Part shown: positions 28,151 through 33,988 of the stretch, in pieces
How the letters are laid out: the number at the start of each line of letters is the position of its first letter
Position numbering within the stretch: the stretch's first letter is position 1
Assembly (NCBI GenBank): GCA_034722055.1
Contig: JAYENL010000159.1
Location: 1 to 33,988 of the forward strand
Reading direction: 5' to 3'
Source of the DNA: Armatimonadota bacterium
GTDB lineage: Bacteria > Armatimonadota > Zipacnadia > Zipacnadales > UBA5352
Length of the DNA: 33,988 nt
Program-made: the position numbers and the translations under genes
The notes under the pieces: model-generated
Databases searched by the model: none
Told to the model about the DNA's origin: nothing
The model's input: only the letters and a program-made list of their open reading frames with translations

Positions 28151-28564
28151 CTACTTGCCTCGGGCCTGAAGCATGGCCCGAATGGTGGTCAGCAACCGCT
28201 TGGGATCGAAGGGCTTCTTCAGATACCTGACATCGTCCTCATCCAGCCCGTACTTCCTTGCAGTCTCGTCGGCGTGTCCCGACATGTAAAGTACCTCGGC
28301 ATCGGGACAGACCTGGCGAGCCCGGCTTACGAACTCCGGCCCGCTGATCTCCGGCATGGAGACGTCTGTGATGATGATGCCTATCTCCTCGGAGTGCTCG
28401 TGACAAACGCGCAGGCCCGACTCGCCGCCATCGGCTTCCAGGACCGTGTAACCGCTTGCGGCAAGCAGGTCCACGAGCGCGGATCGCACCATGTCCTCGT
28501 CATCGACGACGAGCACAGCCCCGCCGTCCCCCGTCGCCGAGTCCTGAGCTCCCAGGTCGGTCAC
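28151..28564 (-). CDS. Single-domain response regulator (receiver)
   Basis: VLVVDDEDMVR, ITDVSMPEISG, YMSGH, LKKPF. Confidence 0.9.
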   Translation of the reverse strand: MTDLGAQDSATGDGGAVLVVDDEDMVRSALVDLLAASGYTVLEADGGESGLRVCHEHSEEIGIIITDVSMPEISGPEFVSRARQVCPDAEVLYMSGHADETARKYGLDEDDVRYLKKPFDPKRLLTTIRAMLQARGK

Positions 28565-28847
28565 CCGCGCTCACTCCCGCTCGATGGCCACGAGCTACAT
28601 TTCGAAGCCGACCCGGCTGAGTCCTTCGAGGCATCCCGCTGGCGGCACGCTCCATGACCACACAGGCCGTGAACGACTGTGCTCTTGTAGTACTTCGCCG
28701 CGAGCCGCGTATGCACCTTTCAGGTAGCGGCGAAGTTGATCTCACCTCCGGATCGAGGGAGGACTGCCCGCCAGCGCGGCCAACCTAGTTCCTGGAATCC
28801 ATCATCCCGGCGCTTGGCCTACGCACGAGCGCCCCCGGGAGGGCACC

Positions 28848-28919
28848 ATGAGCTCAGCGAACGTCCTGGTCTTCATCACCGACCAAAATAGTTGCGTAGC
28901 AGTATGTTCGCCCACCTGA
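28848..28919 (+). pseudogene. N-terminal stub of a sulfatase-like gene
   Basis: GGGAGGG RBS, then MSSANVLVFITDQ (sulfatase PN[IV]Lx[IF]xTDQ motif); similarity ends at 28886 and a stop follows 10 codons later. Confidence 0.6.
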
Positions 28920-28928
28920 GGAGGTAGT

Positions 28929-29852
28929 GTGGGACCCGGCACACCCACCAAGCAGGTGAGCGAGCTGCCTGCAGCCGTCCGTGAGGAGCTCGCCAACAGC
29001 ATCCAGCTGTCGTTCGCCGGCGTCTACCTCGCATTCACGCCGTCCCTTAGCCACTGGCGCGATGTCAGCAACAGTCAGCTCCGGCGCTGGAAGAACGCGG
29101 TATGGATCGCCCGCAATCTACCGGGTGAGTTCCGTAAGAGGGTTGCGGACACCTCCACCCACGATCACGTCGGCGCGCTGGCCAATCGTGCTGGCGACGC
29201 GGTCCAGCTGCCGGCCGCCCTGGCCCTGCTCAGCCGCCTGCCGCCCGCGCTGGCGATGCAGGCGGTGATGGCCCACCGCGACGCCGGCGACCTATGGCGC
29301 TACGTCAACGGCCCGCTGAGGCCGCCGGAGTGGTGGCGCCGGCCCTGCGTGGCCTACCGGGCCTGGACGTGGGAGCGGTTGTGCCTGGAGCTGGCCGAGG
29401 CCGAGTACGGCCCGGTGCTGGCCGGGCTCCGCGGAGAGACGCTGTGCGCTCACGGGCTGATCCCCGACATCATCGTGGGCGAGGTCGTGAGGGACGCCGA
29501 CGGGGTGGTGGTCAGGGCCGAGCACATCATCGACGCCAAGAGCGGCCGCGCACCGCCACACGAGCACGCGTACGCCGACCGCTGTGACGTGTTGGAGTAC
29601 TGGCACGCTGGCCACCACGGCCAGTGGGTGGAGCGGCCCTGTGGCCACTGTACCATCATCTACCAGAGCGCGGAGGATCTGCAGCAGCTGGCACGGCCGC
29701 ACGGGCTGGGCGAGCGGGTTGCCGACTTCGCCGAGGGGGAGGACTACTTCGGCCTCTACCTGCAGTTTGTGCTCGAGCACGGCACGCGGGATCTGGAGCT
29801 CGCGGACCTGCACCTGGCGGGTACCCTGCACGCGGAGGAGGGGGAGGTCTAA
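28929..29852 (+). CDS. Hypothetical protein with a PD-(D/E)XK nuclease-like C-terminal domain
   Basis: GAGGAGG RBS; WERLCLEL...LIPDIIV...IIDAKS...Y gives the E...PD...DxK arrangement. Confidence 0.6.
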   Translation: MGPGTPTKQVSELPAAVREELANSIQLSFAGVYLAFTPSLSHWRDVSNSQLRRWKNAVWIARNLPGEFRKRVADTSTHDHVGALANRAGDAVQLPAALALLSRLPPALAMQAVMAHRDAGDLWRYVNGPLRPPEWWRRPCVAYRAWTWERLCLELAEAEYGPVLAGLRGETLCAHGLIPDIIVGEVVRDADGVVVRAEHIIDAKSGRAPPHEHAYADRCDVLEYWHAGHHGQWVERPCGHCTIIYQSAEDLQQLARPHGLGERVADFAEGEDYFGLYLQFVLEHGTRDLELADLHLAGTLHAEEGEV

Positions 29853-30196
29853 GGCTGCGCTGAGGTACTACGACGATACGAAGAGACCTGGATGGCTCGG
29901 AGCTTTCGTGTGCTTGGTCGCCCTTCCATGATTGTGCGCACCTGTCCACGGCTCCGGCACAGCAGACCGGCGGGATCAGTTGATGTGCGACCCACAGTCT
30001 TACGCGAAACTCTGAGGCCCTGATAGGCGTCAAACGAGACGGCGGTCAAAGACTGTCTACCCCTGGATTGGGGGGTGTCTTAGCCCCAATGAAGAGAGTG
30101 GGGGGGATTTGGTGGACCGGGAGGACGTATGGGGATGGGCATGGAATAGGACCGGTGCGGGGCCGAATACATGGAGTTGCTTCGGAGAGGATTCCC

Positions 30197-31054
30197 GTGA
30201 GTGTCGCGATCAACATTAAGGTCAATGATGGGGTCGTGTTGGCTGCAGACACCGCAACCACAGTTGCCCAGGCAGTCCAAGGCGGACAACAGCCGACAGT
30301 GATGAACATCTACAACAACGCTAACAAGGTGTTCAATCTACTGAAGGGGCAACCGATCGGGATGATCTCGTGGGGGGCTGGCGGCATCGTATCGGCTTCG
30401 ATCGCGACGCTGGCCAAGGACCTTCGCCATCGCTTCGCAGATGGTGAGGAGTCCTGGCGCCTCGACGTGAGGGGATACACGATGGAGCAAGTGGCGGGGC
30501 TCGTCAGGAGGTTTATGTTTGAGGAGCAGTACACAGAAGCATTCAAGGAGGTAGAGGCAAGTGACCGCCCTCCCCTCGGGTTTGTCGTGGCTGGGTACTC
30601 GGCCAACGCGGCGATAGCTGAGGAGTACAAGATCACGATCGAGCGCGGCGACTGCCCGGAGCCCGAACTCATCCGCAAGCCAGGTGAAGTTGGGATCACT
30701 TGGAACGGGCAAGGCGAAGCTATCATACGTCTTGTCGCGGGTTTCAGCGGCCGTCTGCCGCAGGTCTTGACGGGGACGTTCGACGACGACCTTGCTCGCC
30801 GCGTATTCGACACCGTGCGGGGATCTTTGCAGGCTCCTCTTGTGCATCCGGCGATGCCGATTCAAGACGCTGTTGACCTCGCCGATTTCTTGGTTGATGC
30901 CACGATCAAGTTCTACAAGTATCTCCCCGGTGCACCCTCAGTTGGCGGCCCGATCGAGATAGCCGCGATCACCAAGCATGAGGGGTTTAAATGGATCCGC
31001 CGGAAGCACTACTACTCACGGGAGCTGAATCCGGAGCTGGGAGGGCAAAGGTGA
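30197..31054 (+). CDS. Proteasome-beta-like Ntn-hydrolase with Ser1 and no propeptide
   Basis: GGAGAGG RBS 6 nt before GTG 30197. Mature S1VAINIKVNDGVVLAAD17, then ANKVF, SWGAG, FVVAGYS, SVGGPIEIAAITKHEGFKWI. Confidence 0.78.
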   Translation: MSVAINIKVNDGVVLAADTATTVAQAVQGGQQPTVMNIYNNANKVFNLLKGQPIGMISWGAGGIVSASIATLAKDLRHRFADGEESWRLDVRGYTMEQVAGLVRRFMFEEQYTEAFKEVEASDRPPLGFVVAGYSANAAIAEEYKITIERGDCPEPELIRKPGEVGITWNGQGEAIIRLVAGFSGRLPQVLTGTFDDDLARRVFDTVRGSLQAPLVHPAMPIQDAVDLADFLVDATIKFYKYLPGAPSVGGPIEIAAITKHEGFKWIRRKHYYSRELNPELGGQR

Positions 31055-31437
31055 TGGACGACATAGGTGGCACGACCATGGTCGATCAGCCTGAAGACCA
31101 GAGCATGATCAACTACTACACGGGATCGGTTGATCTCCAGACTGACCTCTGCGAACAAACCTCCGGCACCACGGTCTCTGTGCCCATCTCTGAGGAATGG
31201 TTGGCCATCCTCTTTGAAGCCCCTATCCTCCTTCGGCGCAGAATCGCTGTGGCCCCCGACGATTGGGCAACCGTTTTCAACCTCCTTCTGGACATAGGTG
31301 GAGGGCGCGCCCTGCGCGGCAACCGTTTCGACGTGACAGACTACCAGATAGCAGTGTTGGCCCAAGAGCAGGTGGACTTCCGCGTGGTGGGGTTCGGTGA
31401 ACCTCTACGAGATCATTCTGCCCTGCACCGACAATGA
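31051..31437 (+). CDS. Hypothetical protein (~128 aa), translationally coupled to the Ntn gene
   Basis: GTGA start/stop overlap at 31051-31054 with GGGAGGG upstream; no family recognised. Confidence 0.55.
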   Translation: MMDDIGGTTMVDQPEDQSMINYYTGSVDLQTDLCEQTSGTTVSVPISEEWLAILFEAPILLRRRIAVAPDDWATVFNLLLDIGGGRALRGNRFDVTDYQIAVLAQEQVDFRVVGFGEPLRDHSALHRQ

Positions 31438-31696
31438 CGGTCGTGAAATCGAGCCCGAGAAATACGAGGAGACGCTAAGGGAACTCATACACCACTTCGG
31501 TGGTGCGGAGTTTGAGCGTTCTTCGTTCTCGGGCTACTGGCAAGACGAACCTGATCTGTACGAGGACGACAACGTCCTAATGCGGGTGGAGGCGTCGGAT
31601 GACAGTGACTTCTGGTCGCACTACAAGGAGGTACTGAAGACGCGGTTCCGCCAGGAGGAGATCAGGATCCGTGTCATCCCACTAACGATTGTGTAG
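31397..31696 (+). CDS. Small acidic DUF3574 / PII-like-fold hypothetical protein
   Basis: YEIILP..DNDG..IEPEK...L...FGG...GYW...YEDD...LKTRFRQEEI pattern; overlaps the previous ORF by 41 nt. Confidence 0.7.
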   Translation: MNLYEIILPCTDNDGREIEPEKYEETLRELIHHFGGAEFERSSFSGYWQDEPDLYEDDNVLMRVEASDDSDFWSHYKEVLKTRFRQEEIRIRVIPLTIV

Positions 31697-31699
31697 CTG

Positions 31700-31736
31700 G
31701 CCTGCCCGTCTTTCCCCGAGGCGGGCAGCGGCTTTT
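31700..31736 (+). terminator. Probable intrinsic terminator
   Basis: Stem CTGCCCGTCT / AGGCGGGCAG (one G-U pair) followed by CGGCTTTT, just after the stop at 31696. Confidence 0.55.
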
Positions 31737-31830
31737 AAGCTGGTGGCGAGGAACAAGTAGCTATAGATGAGAGGCCGTAGGCGAACTCCTCTCACGCACA
31801 ACGGGCCAGATGTGGCTTGATGCGAAGGCT

Positions 31831-32259
31831 TCAGTCGAAATTAAGTTCTTCCCTGAGCCGCTTCAGTATTCCTTCTTGTTCGCGTTTCGCCTGCGACTTG
31901 GCTGCCTCCTGTGCTGCGCGTTTGCTTTCTTTTTCCTCTAGTAGTTGCTGGTATCTCTCGTTCGCGTCATGGACCTTTCGCTTGGCGTGGTCCAACTGAG
32001 CTTGGACTGCATCTGTCTGATCCGAATGAGACCGCACTACCAGACAAGGCACGCCGTGCGCGGTGGTGAACTCAGGGGCGGGTTGCGATAATGGCCCACC
32101 GAATCTCCATATCTCTTGGAAGATCTCCTTCCACTCGCCAGGCGGCTTGGCAGACAACTCGAAGTGTACCATCCACCAGCCGCTGTTATCCCTGAGGTCT
32201 TCGGGTTGACTACTGGCGAGGCCAAGTATCCGGATCTCTTCGAAGTCCTGTGCACACAT
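31831..32259 (-). CDS. Hypothetical protein (142 aa): alpha/beta domain plus C-terminal coiled coil
   Basis: AGGGGG RBS before ATG 32259; FEEIRILG...VHFELSAKPPGEWKEIF...KVHDANERYQQLL...ELNFD. Confidence 0.7.
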   Translation of the reverse strand: MCAQDFEEIRILGLASSQPEDLRDNSGWWMVHFELSAKPPGEWKEIFQEIWRFGGPLSQPAPEFTTAHGVPCLVVRSHSDQTDAVQAQLDHAKRKVHDANERYQQLLEEKESKRAAQEAAKSQAKREQEGILKRLREELNFD

Positions 32260-32616
32260 TCTGCTGCCCCCTATGCAAGAGGTGGGTACTCTGGTTGTAG
32301 ATTCCGTGCATAGCAGCAGGACTCCTCCGAGCAGTCGAAGCGAAGGCAGGAGACCAGGTGGCGCAAGGGGTAGGCGAGCAGCGGCGCTCATGTCCATCGG
32401 CCCACCTAGTGGTCCAGCGGCAATTCCCCCGTTTACGGCCCAGGCTTCTTCGGCTCCGGCGCCTTATTGAAGGTGGCGGAGCCATGCTTGAGGAAGGCAC
32501 AACCGATTCCCTTCGGCCTGATCAGCGTGTGCCGCCAGAGGAGCCATAGATCGTCCAAGGGGACAGCGCACAATCCCCTGCTGCCACGTAACGCAAAACG
32601 CCGGGGGCGCGATCCG

Positions 32617-33215
32617 ATGACGCACCTCATCGAGCTCCACCGCGACGAGATCGAGGGCCACGCGGCGCTGCTCTACATCCCTCGCACCCGCGGCCAGCCG
32701 CATTACGCCGACAGCGTGAGCCGGGCCATCCTGGCCTTCCACAAGCGGCCCCGACTGGACTGGGCGAATCTGTGCGCCCGGCTGCTGCGCTCGGCGCTGC
32801 CCATGGGCGCCGACACGCTCACGTTCCCCCCGCAGGCACCCGACGAGGACTGGAGTGCCGGCCGCACGTTGGCCCACGCCCTGGGCCGAGTCTCGGGCGT
32901 CCCTTGTCGCGAACTCGTCTTCGTACAGGAGCCCCGGCGCGGCGGGGATGTTCTCTGTCCCACCGACCTGAGCGGCCGGCCCATTGTCGTGGTCGATGAC
33001 ATCTGGCGGACCGGCGCGAGTATGGTGCGGTGCGCCGCGGCTCTCAAGGCGCAGGCGCCCGCCAGGTCTCGGCGCTGACGCTGGCGAAGGTGGCCACCAG
33101 GAAGGAGCAGCGGGAGACGGACCGCGAGGCCGGCGAGCAGGCCCTTCGGGATCCCAAGCGTGGCGGCGACGAGAGGACGAAGGCTGAGTTTGTCCGCTTG
33201 GTCTCGAATGCGTGA
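32617..33215 (+). pseudogene. ComF-like type I phosphoribosyltransferase with a 1-bp frameshift near the C-terminus
   Basis: PRPP loop IVVVDDIWRTGAS. Adding one G at ~33049-33056 joins ALKA(A/Q) to GARQVSALTLAKV, the typical terminal strand, which lies in the other frame. Confidence 0.75.
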
Positions 33216-33502
33216 TCGAGGCGCACCGGCAGCCGGTCTCACAGCAGCTGTGGCGGGTGGCGGCGGCCGTCGACGCTTACGCCAGGTGGACCATGGACAA
33301 CATCGATGCCGCGGCGCTCTACGGCGACCCACGGTTTGGCGATGATGAAACCTGAGAGGGCTTCGCCGACGGGCTGATGGAGGTGCTGCGGAAGGGCCTG
33401 ATGGCGGAGGTGCCGAAATCGCCAGCGGAGGAACTGTCCACCAACGAGGGACTACGGGTGGTAGATGAAGATCAGAATGGGGACGACCGTGGGGAAGCAT
33501 AG
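33212..33502 (+). pseudogene. Degenerate ORF with internal TGA
   Basis: GTGA-coupled to the PRTase end; VIEAHRQPVSQQLWRVAAAVDAYARWTMDNIDAAALYGDPRFGDDET*EGFADGLMEVLRKGL... with coding-like codon usage on both sides of TGA 33353-33355. Confidence 0.4.
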
Positions 33503-33621
33503 GACGTCTCATTCGTTCGCGGTGGGGGCCTCAGAACTCGCCCGGCAACGGATTCGCGATGCTGGGCATAGCAGGAGACGGCAGTTAAGCGATAGACTCC
33601 GCCCAGGCCGACCATGGAATC

Positions 33622-33649
33622 GGGCCCTCGGCTGGCTCACCGAGGGCCC
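33622..33649. repeat. Perfect 10-bp inverted repeat between convergent ORFs (possible terminator hairpin)
   Basis: GGGCCCTCGG-N8-CCGAGGGCCC; no clear U-tract. Confidence 0.45.
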
Positions 33650-33801
33650 ACGATCTGCCCACTGTGAAGGTAGCTGCCGCTAGAAATCCGGCCGGAAAGC
33701 ACTGATTGCCCCGAGTTCCGCGCATTCGCATGGCCGTAGAGGGGCCTCAGCGCCCCGTAGCCAGCCGGCCGTGTGCGACGAGCGACTTCTCGGCCGGGTC
33801 T

Positions 33802-33988
33802 CTAGCGGCGCTTCAGCTCTATCAGCTGGTGGTACTCCAGGGGGCACCAGTCGCGCAGCACATTCCGGAAAGCCTGGCGGATTTCCGGGTGACGGCGTGC
33901 TAGGACGCGCAAGGCGTCAGCTTGCGCCATAGCCGGTTTGCTCTGGCTGTTGCGGGCACTCAGAGTGTGAAGGACGATGTCTGTACTC
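33802..33988 (-). CDS. 3' end of a hypothetical gene entering from the right edge
   Basis: Open frame ...STDIVLHTLSARNSQSKPAMAQADALRVLARRHPEIRQAFRNVLRDWCPLEYHQLIELKRR* ending in TAG at 33802-33804. Confidence 0.45.
   Translation of the reverse strand, partial: STDIVLHTLSARNSQSKPAMAQADALRVLARRHPEIRQAFRNVLRDWCPLEYHQLIELKRR

Noticed and set aside
28570..28930. tRNA or att site at the island boundary
   Set aside because: No cloverleaf or T-loop/CCA signature and no matching direct repeat was found by eye within the window.
30068..30196. Propeptide on the Ntn protein (ORF-track TTG start)
   Set aside because: A good RBS sits 6 nt before GTG 30197 and the extension has no convincing RBS; a real propeptide cannot be entirely excluded.
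32433..32630. Small minus-strand ORF ending ...HGSATFNKAPEPKKPGP
   Set aside because: No credible start or RBS and no recognisable family; it could be a remnant but cannot be supported.
33353..33355. In-frame TGA as selenocysteine
   Set aside because: No redox-Cys context or recognisable SECIS; it lies in a decayed region and TGA is the usual stop here.

Overview
High-GC bacterial DNA. The prepilin/H-X9-DG (DUF1559-type) genes and large secreted carbohydrate-active proteins suggest an anaerobic Armatimonadota- or PVC-like organism (inference). Left to right: (1) two divergent secreted glycoside-hydrolase-like genes, the first running off the left edge; (2) an exported protein and pfkB; (3) an operon of a SPASM/twitch radical SAM plus a B12-binding radical SAM; (4) a group 3b (sulfhydrogenase-type) [NiFe]-hydrogenase operon in which three of four subunits carry different inactivating lesions, preceded by a ferritin-like gene; (5) a DUF123 nuclease, another radical SAM, a prepilin-type gene behind a ~35-bp triple repeat, and a small ParB/Srx protein; (6) a CBM-CBM9-GH42-like operon whose first two proteins share a C-terminal motif; (7) a receiver, OmpR-type regulator and PAS kinase. 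From ~28.89 kb there is an accessory island that starts exactly where a sulfatase-like gene breaks off. It encodes a PD-(D/E)XK-like nuclease, a propeptide-less Ser1 proteasome-beta-like (Ntn) protein coupled to two small genes, a coiled-coil protein and a frameshifted ComF-like PRTase. Best candidates for novelty are the Ntn operon/island, the radical SAM pair (possible membrane-lipid cross-linking and methylation) and the shared C-terminal motif. No rRNA, tRNA, CRISPR array, integrase or transposase was recognised. All family assignments are by-eye motif recognition, not database searches.
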